DNA from: Longimicrobiales bacterium
GTDB taxonomy: Bacteria; Gemmatimonadota; Gemmatimonadetes; Longimicrobiales; Gaopeijiaceae
Assembly (NCBI GenBank): GCA_965238005.1
Contig: OZ250165.1
Location: 2,432,001-2,496,000 of the forward strand
DNA: 64,000 nucleotides
Reading direction: 5' to 3'
Part shown: positions 50,084 to 60,000 of the stretch, in pieces
Layout: every line of letters begins with the position of its first letter
How positions within the stretch are numbered: the stretch's first letter is position 1
The notes under the pieces: model-generated
Seen by the model: only the letters and a program-made list of their open reading frames with translations
Databases searched by the model: none
What the model was told of the DNA's origin: nothing
Translations under genes and position numbers: made by a program

Positions 50084-51339
50084 TCGAATTTCAGGGCCTC
50101 CGCCACGTCGATCCTGGTGGCCTGGATGGCGGGATAGATGGATGCGGTGATTCCCACTACGGCGATGGACACGACGCTCTGGAGGACCTGAACGGCCCGA
50201 AACTCGGGAACGATGACCGGATCCATGACGATGCCCGAGAAGGTGAAGTCGTTGTCCATGAGGAAGGAGAAGTCCAAACCGTCGCGGAAGAAGATCCACG
50301 TCAGCGCGAAGCCGGCGATCATGCCCACCACGCCGGCCAGCGCCGTGAGGAGAACTCCCTCGAGGAAGATGACGACTCCCGTCTCTTTCGGCGTGAGGCC
50401 GAGAGCCTGGAGCACGCCGAACTCACGCCTCCGATAGAGGACCGACATGAGGATGGTGTTGAGCACGGCAAGGGCGACGATGGCGAACAGAATCGAGTGG
50501 AAGACGAAGTCGCCGTAGTCGTCGATGCGCACGGCGCTATGGAGCTGCGGGTACGCTTCGGTCCAGCTCACGACCCGGATCCCGTCACCGTCCAGGCCCT
50601 CCTCCAGAGCTTGGATGGCATCGGGCACGACCCGGCTCCCCGGAAGGATGGCCCCCACCGTGGTGACGGCCCCCTCGGCGTCCAGCCAGGCACGGGCCGT
50701 GGTGATGGGAATGTGAACCAGGCCCTCGTCCACCTCCGGGAGACCGCTCCTGAAAACGCCCACCACACGGACGAGCTGCCCTTCGATCTCACCGTCCGTC
50801 GACTGGGCCGTTAGGACGAAGCGCGAGCCGAGCCTGAGGCCGAGGCGCTCGGCCAACCCGGTGCCCACGTAAGCGGCCAGGCGGTCATCGACCTCGAGGT
50901 ATCGTCCCTCCACGACCTGCTCCGCCACGTGCGAGAAGTCGGACTCCGCCGCCGGATCCACGCCCTCGATCCCCACGGGCACGGCGGACGTCGTGGAGCT
51001 GGCGAGGCCGTTCGTCGAGAGCCGGATCGTGGTGGCCAGGGGGGCCATGGTAGCCGTCAGGTCGCCGAGAGCCGCGAGCGCGGCCTCGGCCTCGAGCCCC
51101 TCGAGTCGGTCGTCGAGGCTTCCGCTCTCCAAGTGGTCCGGAGCCTGAAGAAGAACGTGCCCGGCGCCCATGCGCACGCCGGCGTTGATCCAGTCCTCGT
51201 GTCCACCGTCGGCCAGTGATCGCGAGAACATGAGGAGTGCCAGGCCCAGGGCCATGGCCGAGGCCGTGAGGAGGCTCCTCCGGGTCTCCCGCCAAACACC
51301 TCGCCCGGCGAGGCGCATCAGGATCAGCGTGCGCCTCAT
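50080..51339 (-). CDS. FtsX/LolE-type ABC permease
   Basis: One TM + periplasmic domain + three TMs; RRREFGVLQALG. Confidence 0.9.
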   Translation of the reverse strand: MRRTLILMRLAGRGVWRETRRSLLTASAMALGLALLMFSRSLADGGHEDWINAGVRMGAGHVLLQAPDHLESGSLDDRLEGLEAEAALAALGDLTATMAPLATTIRLSTNGLASSTTSAVPVGIEGVDPAAESDFSHVAEQVVEGRYLEVDDRLAAYVGTGLAERLGLRLGSRFVLTAQSTDGEIEGQLVRVVGVFRSGLPEVDEGLVHIPITTARAWLDAEGAVTTVGAILPGSRVVPDAIQALEEGLDGDGIRVVSWTEAYPQLHSAVRIDDYGDFVFHSILFAIVALAVLNTILMSVLYRRREFGVLQALGLTPKETGVVIFLEGVLLTALAGVVGMIAGFALTWIFFRDGLDFSFLMDNDFTFSGIVMDPVIVPEFRAVQVLQSVVSIAVVGITASIYPAIQATRIDVAEALKFE

Positions 51340-52604
51340 GTGTCCGCCAGTGCGTCGGCCGGTGGGATCTTCACCGCCCGATACGCAGGGTAGAACGCCG
51401 CCAGGATCGAGGTCACCAGGAGGCCGACGGCACTGTACAGGGGACCTTCAAGGGTATACTCCGCCCTGAGAACGGGTCGGACGACGGCCCCCGCCATCGT
51501 GAAGTCTCCGAACATGCGCGAGAGGTCCGGCGGATAGTTGTGAAGCCAATACAGCACGGGCAGTGAGATGGCGACCCCGACGGCGAGGGCCAGAGTGCCG
51601 AGGATGAGCCCCTCGTAGACCACGGTTCGCGCCACGCTCATGGGCTGTGTGCCCAAGGCCCGTACCACCGCGAACTCGCGACGCCGCTCGTACGTACTGA
51701 GGAGCATGGTGTTGGCCACCCCGAACATGGCCATCACGAAGACGATCCCCACGATGATGGCGTTCACGGCCTTGGCGAGATTGGCGTACTCCGCCAACTC
51801 CGCCCGGAAGATCGTCCAGGGCCGAGGGGCGATCGGATACCCAAGGTCCTGGGCTGACAGGGCGGACGCCAGGGAATCCCCCACGGCCACGGCGCTCCAG
51901 GGATCGTCCAGTGAAGCGGCGATCTCGTGTACGCGATTGGGCGGCATCGCCATCAGATCCTGAAGAGCTCCGATGGGAAGCACCGCCAGGGACCCGTCCA
52001 GCGCCGGCATCCCGGTGTCGAAGACTCCGCTGATCCTATACAGATCGTTGCCCAGGGAGCCGTCGGTGGCCGGCACCACGAGGACGACCTCATCGCCGGG
52101 CCCGACATCGAGGATCGCGGCCATCTCGCTCCCGACCAGGATCTCCCGCTCTCCGGCTCTGGGCGGGCGCCCCTCCAGCGGCATAGCGAGAAGACGGGTG
52201 ACCCGGGGTTCCCGCTCGGGGTCCACACCCACCAGGACTCCGGCCACCGTCTCCCGCCCGGAGCTCACGAGGCCGCCCCCGTAGACGCGAGGCGCCGCGG
52301 CCGTCACTCCAGGAAGCGCCATCGTGGCGCGCACCAGCCCCTCGACGTCGATCCCGTCTCGACCACCGAGGGTCGAGTACATGCTTCGCTCGGGGTAGTA
52401 GTCTGGGGCGTGCACCTGGAGCTGCCCCGAGACCAGATTGGTCCCCGTCTCGATCATCTCGGCAATCATGCCGTGCCAGGTTCCGATCATGGTCACGGAC
52501 GCGAGATACCCGAAGGCGAGGGCCGAGGCGGTGATGAGCGTGCGCTTCCAATTGCGCCAGAGGTTCCGCCACGCCAGGCGCCACCACACCCACCGATCTC
52601 CCAT
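51336..52604 (-). CDS. FtsX/LolE-type ABC permease
   Basis: LAWRNLWRN, ERRREFAVVRALG. Confidence 0.9.
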   Translation of the reverse strand: MGDRWVWWRLAWRNLWRNWKRTLITASALAFGYLASVTMIGTWHGMIAEMIETGTNLVSGQLQVHAPDYYPERSMYSTLGGRDGIDVEGLVRATMALPGVTAAAPRVYGGGLVSSGRETVAGVLVGVDPEREPRVTRLLAMPLEGRPPRAGEREILVGSEMAAILDVGPGDEVVLVVPATDGSLGNDLYRISGVFDTGMPALDGSLAVLPIGALQDLMAMPPNRVHEIAASLDDPWSAVAVGDSLASALSAQDLGYPIAPRPWTIFRAELAEYANLAKAVNAIIVGIVFVMAMFGVANTMLLSTYERRREFAVVRALGTQPMSVARTVVYEGLILGTLALAVGVAISLPVLYWLHNYPPDLSRMFGDFTMAGAVVRPVLRAEYTLEGPLYSAVGLLVTSILAAFYPAYRAVKIPPADALADT

Positions 52605-52790
52605 CTAGTGTCCCGTCCCAGAAGTTCGCTGGCATTCGGGCGCCGATGCATCCATCCTAGCGGCGTTGCTCCTCCTCGGACCACGGCCTTCGGCCGCGGT
52701 GCCCGCGCTGCTATTCCTCGTCGTCGCGCCTTGCCAGGACGGCGCCTCGGCACCCTCGGTTCGGACCGAACTTCTGGGACGGGACACCAG
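52605..52790. mobile_element. MITE-like element family A, 186-bp copy
   Basis: 24-bp TIR CTAGTGTCCCGTCCCAGAAGTTCG with one mismatch; fills the whole intergenic gap. Confidence 0.85.
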
Positions 52791-53591
52791 CTACCTTTGG
52801 CGACGGAGGTTGCGTAGCGAGAAGAACTCCTCGTCCACGCCGATGTCGAACTCCAGCTCATGGTACTGGATAACCGTGACCTCGCCGGGATCGTCCGCCG
52901 GCTCCACGGTCATGACGGTGGGAACCAACCGGCCGCCCATCACCAGGTGACCGCTGAAGGTCATGGTGCGGATCAGCTCATCGGACTCGTCGTAATATCG
53001 AGCCCAGGTGGGCATCAGGTCGTCCCGTCGCACCTGGTAGCGAATCTTGCCCCAGACCACGGGAGCCTCGGGGCGAGGGAGCAGGAGAAACTCCCAGACG
53101 TCCATGCCGTCCCTGGCCCCCTCGAACTCGATCTCGATCTCGTAGTCGTCGGCGAGCGTGCTCTCCTTCACGAGGTCATCGTTGGTGAAGTGCGAGCCCA
53201 TCCACGAGCCCATCATCATGGACGACGGCACCTTGATGGTGCGGTCCACCCTGGGCAGGTAGTTCCAGACCTCCTGCCCCGCCTTCAGGGTGGCTATGCC
53301 GGCCTCCTTGGCCGGTGTCTCCACCCGGACGAGCGCGTATTCGGTCCCCAGGGACCAGGCGCGGAGCGTGAGGGAGCGCTCCCAGTGCTCGGTCCGGATG
53401 TCCATGGTAAAGCGAGCCTCGCTGGACTCGCCTCTGAGCAGGCGGTCCACCTGATCGATGATCTCCCGGGCCGACTGAGCCCGGGCCGCCTGAGCCTGAG
53501 CCGCCTGAACTCGGGCCGGAAAAGGTGTCAGAACGCAAAGAAAAGCGGCCAACAGTGTCGCGACTGCGGGCCAGGGCCGAAAGGAAGTCAT
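52791..53591 (-). CDS. LolA-like outer membrane lipoprotein-sorting protein
   Basis: Signal peptide, WNYLP, WMGSHFTNDD, FSLRNL; first gene of the ABC cluster. Confidence 0.85.
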   Translation of the reverse strand: MTSFRPWPAVATLLAAFLCVLTPFPARVQAAQAQAARAQSAREIIDQVDRLLRGESSEARFTMDIRTEHWERSLTLRAWSLGTEYALVRVETPAKEAGIATLKAGQEVWNYLPRVDRTIKVPSSMMMGSWMGSHFTNDDLVKESTLADDYEIEIEFEGARDGMDVWEFLLLPRPEAPVVWGKIRYQVRRDDLMPTWARYYDESDELIRTMTFSGHLVMGGRLVPTVMTVEPADDPGEVTVIQYHELEFDIGVDEEFFSLRNLRRQR

Positions 53592-54007
53592 GGTCCGTCA
53601 GGGGGTGGGCCCTCGAACGTGTAGCACCACGCCTCACCCTCGAGGACCGTCTCCCCATCCTTTCGCCGCACCGTGACGGCCAAGTTGGTCACCGGCTTCG
53701 TCTCGTGGACGCTCAGGACCACCGCCTCGGCGGTTATGGTATCACCGATGAAGACGGGGGCGGTGAACTTCCACTCCTGGCTCATGAACACAGTGCCGGG
53801 ACCCGGCATGTCCATGGCGACGAGGGCATGCAACAGGCCCGTCGTCAGGCCCCCCTGCACCACCAACTTGCCGAACGGCGTGGCGGCCACGAACTCCTCG
53901 TCGAAGTGGAGGGGGTTGTGGTCCCCGCTCAGAGCGGCGAACTGGGCTACGTGTGTGGATGTGAGCGTGATACTGCGAGAAGCTCGGTCGCCAACGCGCA
54001 CGTTCAT
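53588..54007 (-). CDS. MaoC family dehydratase
   Basis: FAALSGDHNPLH, PGPG, APVFIGDT. Confidence 0.92.
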   Translation of the reverse strand: MNVRVGDRASRSITLTSTHVAQFAALSGDHNPLHFDEEFVAATPFGKLVVQGGLTTGLLHALVAMDMPGPGTVFMSQEWKFTAPVFIGDTITAEAVVLSVHETKPVTNLAVTVRRKDGETVLEGEAWCYTFEGPPPDGP

Positions 54008-54183
54008 GGGCTTGGTCCGGTCGCGGTTTCCAGGTGCCTCGAAAGCTAGTCGAGTGCCCCGTTCCAGGGCAGTTAGCCACCAATATCGGATAAGGCACGC
54101 TCTTGAACTCGGCCATGAATGGGGGCATCCTGGAGACACAACCGCCTGACCTCCCTTGGATCGAACCGAGTGGAATAACCGTC

Positions 54184-55275
54184 ATGAGGCTCAAGACCAG
54201 CCCGGCCATCGAGGAAGCCCTGATCGCGATCGGCTTGCTAGGCGCCGCGATCTACCTGTATTACGTCATAGCGTTCTGGGGCATGGCCGATCGCTTTCAA
54301 CCAGGCGTGTTCAGAGACTACGTCACGGGGGCGGGGATGCAGGTGGAGATGTTCGTGGTGTGGGTCGGCTTCGGGGTCGCCGTCGCGGCCACCAACGCGT
54401 GGCTGGAATCCCCGCGCCTTCGTGAGCGTCCCTTCGGGCAGATCATTCTGATCAGAAGTGGGGTTTATCTGGCGGCGTTCTTTGTCGTCAGCGGTGCCAT
54501 TCACGTGATCCTGGGACTCTTCGTCCTCTCGGAGGCGGACCACATGGCGTTGATGGCCACTCTCAGCGGTCGGTTCGTCGTGTCGGCCTCGAGCTCGCTC
54601 GTTCTGAGCGTCGTCGGAGTCAACTTCCTCCTCGAGGTCCGCCGCAAGGTTGGTCCCGGCAACCTGATCGCTCTTCTCACGGGGCGTTATCACCGACCGA
54701 AAGATGAGGAGAGGTTGTTCCTGTTCCTGGATCTCAAGGACTCGACCGCGATCGCGGAGTCGTTGGGGCACAATGCGTACAGCCAGTTCCTGCGGTCCTG
54801 CTTTCAGGATCTCACGGCATTTGTGCTCCGGTACGGAGCCCAGATCTATCAGTACGTGGGAGACGAGGTGGTCCTCACGTGGGCGAGCACTAAGCCGCAC
54901 TCGAAAGAGAGCTGCCTCCAGACGTTCTTCGCCTTCCAAAACGAGCTCGAGCGGAAGAGCCACTGGTACCTCTCCAAGTTCGGCCTCGCACCGGAGTTCC
55001 GGGCTGGGGTGGATATGGGGACCGTCACTGTTGCAGAGGTCGGAGACGTAAAGCGGGAGATCGCCTACCACGGCGACCCCCTCAACACGGCCGCCCGGCT
55101 TCTGGAGCTCTGCAAGCAGTTCGGTCGCAGCATTCTGATCACCGGAGAGGTCGAAAAGGCGATATCGCGATCTCCGGACTTTCTCACGGAATGGCAGGGG
55201 GAACTCACTCTCAGGGGGAAGTCGGAGGACGTCGCCGTCTACGGAGTCTCCCTGCAGGTGGCGCCGAGCGCGTAG
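54184..55275 (+). CDS. Membrane-anchored class III adenylate/guanylate cyclase
   Basis: Four TM helices, FLDLKDST, YVGDE, GDPLNTAARL, LRGK. Confidence 0.9.
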   Translation: MRLKTSPAIEEALIAIGLLGAAIYLYYVIAFWGMADRFQPGVFRDYVTGAGMQVEMFVVWVGFGVAVAATNAWLESPRLRERPFGQIILIRSGVYLAAFFVVSGAIHVILGLFVLSEADHMALMATLSGRFVVSASSSLVLSVVGVNFLLEVRRKVGPGNLIALLTGRYHRPKDEERLFLFLDLKDSTAIAESLGHNAYSQFLRSCFQDLTAFVLRYGAQIYQYVGDEVVLTWASTKPHSKESCLQTFFAFQNELERKSHWYLSKFGLAPEFRAGVDMGTVTVAEVGDVKREIAYHGDPLNTAARLLELCKQFGRSILITGEVEKAISRSPDFLTEWQGELTLRGKSEDVAVYGVSLQVAPSA

Positions 55276-55342
55276 CAGGGATCGTCCCGACGGGCGCGCC
55301 GTGGGAGCCCTCGGTCAGCCCACCTCGCGCCTCACCTAATCG

Positions 55343-55403
55343 TTGCACAACAGCTACTTTCGGTTTACATGCGGTTCCTTGCCCCAAACAAAAACCGAAA
55401 GTC
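55343..55403 (+). promoter_or_regulatory. dnaE2 promoter (TTGCAC -35) with operator copies 3 (+) and 4 (-)
   Basis: CTTTCGGTTTACATGCGG at 55357-55374; minus strand GACTTTCGGTTTTTGTTTGG at 55403-55384. Confidence 0.75.
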
Positions 55404-58400
55404 GTGTCCATACCTCCCTATATCGAGCTCCACTGTCACTCCGGCTTCTCCTTCCTGGACGGGGCCTCCCATCCCGAGGAGCTGGTCTTTCGGGCCCTGG
55501 AGCTGGGCTATCCGGCCCTGGCCCTCACCGATCACAACGGACTGTACGGCTCCATGGAGTTCGCGCAGACAGCCCGGGCCGAGGGGCTCCAGCCCATCAC
55601 GGGTGCCGAGGTCACCGTGGCCCTGGACATCCCGGGGATCCCCCAAGGCCTGGACGGACTCGACGCGGCGGACCCGGACGGTGATCCGCTGATCCGTGGC
55701 TGTCACATGACCCTCCTGGCCGAGACCCCGGCCGGGTATGCCAACCTGTGCCGGCTCCTGAGCGAGGCGCATCTGGAGAGTGAGCGCGGCCGCCCCACCC
55801 TTCCCCTCTCCTCCCTCTTCGCCCGCACGGAGGGCCTCATCGCCCTCACCGGGTGCCGGCAAGGTCCCCTCCTGGTCGCCCTGGAAGACAGCGTGGCCAC
55901 CGCGGAGCTCCTGGCCCGGCGCCTTCAGGGCGCTTTCGGATTTGGGCGGCTCTTCGTGGAGCTCCAGGACAACCAGGAAAAGGGGGACGACTACCGGAAC
56001 CGGAGCCTTGGCCGCCTGGCCGATCGTCTCGGGATTCCCGTGGTGGCCACCGGCAACGTCCACTACCACCGCCTCGAGCGGCATCGGCTGCAGGACGTCT
56101 TCGTGTCGATCCGGAACCGGACCACCCTGAACGGATCTCACGCGCAGAGGCGCTCCAACGCGCGCTTCTACCTGGCCTCCCCGGAAGAGATGGCGAGCCG
56201 CTTCCAGGGCCGCCCCGACGCCCTGTCCCACACCCTGGACATCGCCGCGCGGTGCGCCACCTTCGACCTCACCAAGGATCTCGGCTACACCTTCCCCGAC
56301 TTCCAGGGGAGCGACCGGGAAGGAGCCCTGGAGACCCTGGCGGCCGTCTGTCTGGCGAAGCTGGACGAGCGCTATGGCGGCTCGAAGTTGGAAGACGAAG
56401 CACGGGAGCGGCTCCATCAGGAGCTCAGGCTCGTGGATCTACACTGCCTGGCCGGTTTCTTCCTCGTCTACCGCGACATCATGGAGCTGGCCCGCGAGGT
56501 GGCCGGCGAGATCCGGGGAACCGCGCCGCGTGCTCACGCAGGACTGCCGCCGGGACGGGGTCGAGGATCGTCGGTTTCATCCATCATCTGCTATCTCATC
56601 GGCCTGTCCCACGTGGATCCGGTGCAGACGAACCTCTTCCTTGGGCGCTTCCTGAACGAAGCGATGCGGAGCGTCCCCGACATCGACCTCGACTTCCCAC
56701 GGGACATCCGGGAAGAGCTGATCCTGCGGGTCTACCAGCGCTACGGGAACGAGCACGCCGGCCTCGTGTGCGCCTTCCCCACGTACCGGATCCGCTCCAC
56801 GCTCCGGGAGATCGGCAAAGCCTTGGATCTACCCATGGGCGACCTGGAGAAGCTCTCGAAGCTGGCGGAGCGTCGCTCGGGCGGAGGCCTCATGGACGAG
56901 CTCCAGCGCTTGCCGGAATTCCGCGAAAAGGCCGAGTCGCCCTCGTGGAAGGCGCTCTGTGAGCTGGCCGACGACATCAAGGGCCTTCCCCGCCACATCT
57001 CCCAGCACGTGGGAGGAATGATCATCTCTAGCAGACCTCTCGTGGAGATCGTCCCCCTGGAGCCGGCGGCGTGGGAAGGTCGGGTTCTCTGCCAGTGGGA
57101 CAAGGACTCCTGCGACGACGCGGGATTCATTAAGATCGACTTCCTGGCCCTGGGCATGCTCTCGCTGGTGGAAGAGGCGGTGGACCTCATCGCGGAGCGC
57201 CACGGCCAGGCTCCGGACCTGTCCCGCATCGACTTCGCCGACCAGGCGGTCTACGATCGCATCTGCTCGGGCGACACCATCGGCATGTTCCAGGTGGAGA
57301 GCCGGGCCCAGATACAGATGCTTCGGCGCGTCCAGCCCCGGAATCTGAAGGATCTGGCGGTCCAGGTGGCCATCGTCCGGCCCGGCCCCATCGTCGGAGG
57401 CGCGGTCAACCCGTACGTGCGACGCAGGGAGCTCCTGCGCGAAGACCCCGACTTCCGGGTGCCGTACGACCATCCTCTACTGGAGGAGGCCCTGGGTGAG
57501 ACGCTGGGCGTCATCATCTTCCAGGATCAGGTCCTCAAGGTCTGCCAGGCCCTGGCGGGGTTTTCCGACGGCCAGGCGGAGAGCCTGCGGCGCTCCATGA
57601 GCCGTAAGCGCTCCAAGGAGGCCATGGACTCGCACTGGGACGCCTTCCGGGACGGGACACGGGCACGAGGAGTCGACGAGGTCACGGCCCAGAAGGTCTT
57701 CCAGCAGGTGACGGCCTTCAGCGAGTTCGGCTTTCCCAAGTCGCACGCGGCGGCGTTCGGCCTCCTGGCCTATCAGTCGGCGTGGCTCCGCTACTATTAC
57801 GGCCCCGAGTTCTACGTGGGCCTCTTCAACAACCAGCCCATGGGCTTCTACTCCCTGGACACCCTGGGCCGGGACGCACGGCGCCACGGTATCGGAATCC
57901 GTCTTCCGGACGTGAATCGAAGCCGGGTGAAGTGCACGGCCGAAGACGACGATCTGAGGGTCGGCCTGGGGTTCGTCCGGGGCTGGGGCACCGACATCGC
58001 CGAGCGTGTCGTGGAGGAGCGGGAGCGGAACGGGCCTTTCCTGTCGCTCTCTGACTTCCTCCGACGGACGCCGGCGACCCTGAAGAGGCCCGCGGTGGAG
58101 AACCTGATCTGGGTGGGAGGCTTCGAGAGCTTCGGCCTCACGCGGAGGGAGCTCCTATGGCAGGCCGGCCTCTGGCTCGGTCCCGAGGACGATGCTGAGC
58201 GGAGCGGTGGACGGGACGACCACCCCCAGGCCGAGCTCGGCCTGGATGATCCGTACGCACGCATCGCGTTTTCCGACCTCGAGGACACGGAGCGGATGGT
58301 GGCGGAGTACCGCATGCTCCGCTTCTCCACAAAGCTCCATCCCCTGGCCCTGCTCCGGGGCGAGCTTCCTTCCGAGACCGTCACCGGCGATCGATTCCCA

Positions 58401-58802
58401 GACCTTCCGAACCACTCCACCGTGACGGTGGCGGGCATCGTGGTGGCACGCCAAAGGCCCTCAACGGCAAACGGCTATGTCTTTGTCCTGATGGAAGATG
58501 AGTGCGTCCCTATAAACGTGATTGTGAAGCCCAAAGTTTACGACGAATGCCGCACGACGGTGCGGATGGAGCCCTTCTTGGTGGTTCGGGGGCGCCTGCA
58601 GAAGGACGGGCTGACCATGAACGTGATCGCGTTCGACGTGAAGGCGGTACGAGTGCGTGAGACCGCCCAGCCCGAGGAGCTCCACCCTACCCTTCCCGGA
58701 GTGCTGGAGTGGTGGGCCGAGCCGGAGCGCGGAGTCCGGACTCCTTTCCGGTATCTGACGGCGCTGAGACAGTCCCCCCCAGGGGTGAAAAACTTCGGAT
58801 GA
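55404..58802 (+). CDS. dnaE2: Error-prone DNA polymerase III alpha (DnaE2/ImuC)
   Basis: PHP ELHCHSGFSFLDGASHPEEL, PDIDLDF, QWDKDS, KIDFLALGML, GFPKSHAA, NNQPMGFY, OB fold RQRPSTANG; start GTG 55404. Confidence 0.93.
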   Translation: MSIPPYIELHCHSGFSFLDGASHPEELVFRALELGYPALALTDHNGLYGSMEFAQTARAEGLQPITGAEVTVALDIPGIPQGLDGLDAADPDGDPLIRGCHMTLLAETPAGYANLCRLLSEAHLESERGRPTLPLSSLFARTEGLIALTGCRQGPLLVALEDSVATAELLARRLQGAFGFGRLFVELQDNQEKGDDYRNRSLGRLADRLGIPVVATGNVHYHRLERHRLQDVFVSIRNRTTLNGSHAQRRSNARFYLASPEEMASRFQGRPDALSHTLDIAARCATFDLTKDLGYTFPDFQGSDREGALETLAAVCLAKLDERYGGSKLEDEARERLHQELRLVDLHCLAGFFLVYRDIMELAREVAGEIRGTAPRAHAGLPPGRGRGSSVSSIICYLIGLSHVDPVQTNLFLGRFLNEAMRSVPDIDLDFPRDIREELILRVYQRYGNEHAGLVCAFPTYRIRSTLREIGKALDLPMGDLEKLSKLAERRSGGGLMDELQRLPEFREKAESPSWKALCELADDIKGLPRHISQHVGGMIISSRPLVEIVPLEPAAWEGRVLCQWDKDSCDDAGFIKIDFLALGMLSLVEEAVDLIAERHGQAPDLSRIDFADQAVYDRICSGDTIGMFQVESRAQIQMLRRVQPRNLKDLAVQVAIVRPGPIVGGAVNPYVRRRELLREDPDFRVPYDHPLLEEALGETLGVIIFQDQVLKVCQALAGFSDGQAESLRRSMSRKRSKEAMDSHWDAFRDGTRARGVDEVTAQKVFQQVTAFSEFGFPKSHAAAFGLLAYQSAWLRYYYGPEFYVGLFNNQPMGFYSLDTLGRDARRHGIGIRLPDVNRSRVKCTAEDDDLRVGLGFVRGWGTDIAERVVEERERNGPFLSLSDFLRRTPATLKRPAVENLIWVGGFESFGLTRRELLWQAGLWLGPEDDAERSGGRDDHPQAELGLDDPYARIAFSDLEDTERMVAEYRMLRFSTKLHPLALLRGELPSETVTGDRFPDLPNHSTVTVAGIVVARQRPSTANGYVFVLMEDECVPINVIVKPKVYDECRTTVRMEPFLVVRGRLQKDGLTMNVIAFDVKAVRVRETAQPEELHPTLPGVLEWWAEPERGVRTPFRYLTALRQSPPGVKNFG

Positions 58803-58811
58803 CGAAGGATC

Positions 58812-59033
58812 CTAAGGGTCGCCCCTCCACGTGTTGTTCGTGCGGTCCACGTCGGGGAAGAACATCCCGGGGTCGATGTCCACCCGGACCACAGCCCCAT
58901 CGACTCCGGTATCACGATCTCGAAGTCCGTCTCCCCGCTGAGGTGGCACCACCGGGCCCAGGATGGGACGCTCGATCTTCACGGTGGCCTGGGTCTCGAT
59001 GACCTGAGCGCCAGCGGAGGTGGGTCCGGCCAA
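58812..59033 (-). pseudogene. Remnant resembling the extreme C-terminus of an M1-type aminopeptidase
   Basis: VRVDIDPGMFFPDVDRTNNTW motif only. Confidence 0.35.
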
Positions 59034-59071
59034 GCCGGTGAGGATGACCTATACACAAATCCGTCCACGTC

Positions 59072-59962
59072 TCACGCTGATCGATCCGCCCTTTCGAGGT
59101 ACAACCTCATGCCGTCCCAGTCGCCGGCCGCGGTGAACGCGTCGAAATACCCGTCGATCTCGTCTCTCGGCCGGAACTCGGCGAGCTCCTCCCGCACCTC
59201 CGACTCGAAGACCGCCCGGTCGCTGTCGTCACCGGTGGCCATCGCCTCCTTCACCCGCTCCTGGAGCGCAAGCAGCCGCTGCCGCATCTGTCGCACGCGA
59301 CCGGCGAAATCCTCATGCAAGCCGAAGTGCGCCAGGCCGCTGAGGTCGGGCCCGATGGGCTCGATCTCGTCCAGGGTCTCGAGCCACGCAGGCACGCTCA
59401 GGCCGGGTGGGGGCGTCGGTGGATGCGTCGGTGCGCCGGGGGCGAGAATGACGCCCAGTGCGTCACCCGCCAGGAAGATTCCGTCCCGCTCGGCCAGGTA
59501 CGACACATGATGTCCGATATGACCTGGAGTCGGGAACACACGCACTCCTGGGACCGGGAGCCGAGTGGACGGCTCCCAGGCACGGATGCGCTCCTTGGGC
59601 ACAGGAAGCACCTCGCCCCAGAGGCGGTCATGGTGGTCCCCGAAGCTCCGTCGGGTGCTGGACACTAGCCGCTCAGGATCCACCATGTGCGGCGCACCAT
59701 CGACGTGGACGTGGACGACGAGTTGAGGATAGCGCTCGACCAGGTGTCCGGTGCCACCGGCGTGGTCCAGGTGCACGTGCGTGAGCAGCAGATGACGGAC
59801 GTCCGCCATCCCCAGGCCCTGCTCTTCGAGACCTGCTTCGAGTCCCTGGATGGACGTGCTGGGACCCGGATCCACTACGGCCGGCTCGGTCCCGTCGATC
59901 CAGTACGACGAGATCACCCCGGGCTGACCGAGGTGCACGAGGTCAATGGGGACGACCGACAT
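59072..59962 (-). CDS. MBL-fold metallo-hydrolase
   Basis: THVHLDHAGG, TPGH, GDA, HFG. Confidence 0.92.
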   Translation of the reverse strand: MSVVPIDLVHLGQPGVISSYWIDGTEPAVVDPGPSTSIQGLEAGLEEQGLGMADVRHLLLTHVHLDHAGGTGHLVERYPQLVVHVHVDGAPHMVDPERLVSSTRRSFGDHHDRLWGEVLPVPKERIRAWEPSTRLPVPGVRVFPTPGHIGHHVSYLAERDGIFLAGDALGVILAPGAPTHPPTPPPGLSVPAWLETLDEIEPIGPDLSGLAHFGLHEDFAGRVRQMRQRLLALQERVKEAMATGDDSDRAVFESEVREELAEFRPRDEIDGYFDAFTAAGDWDGMRLYLERADRSA

Positions 59963-60000
59963 GCTTCCCTCTCTATCGCCGACCGTCGGAGTCCATCGGA

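Noticed and set aside
46097..50137. Long plus-strand ORFs (650 aa and 590 aa) and many similar antisense ORFs elsewhere
   Set aside because: These are shadows of well-supported minus-strand genes, expected in high-GC DNA, and carry no motifs.
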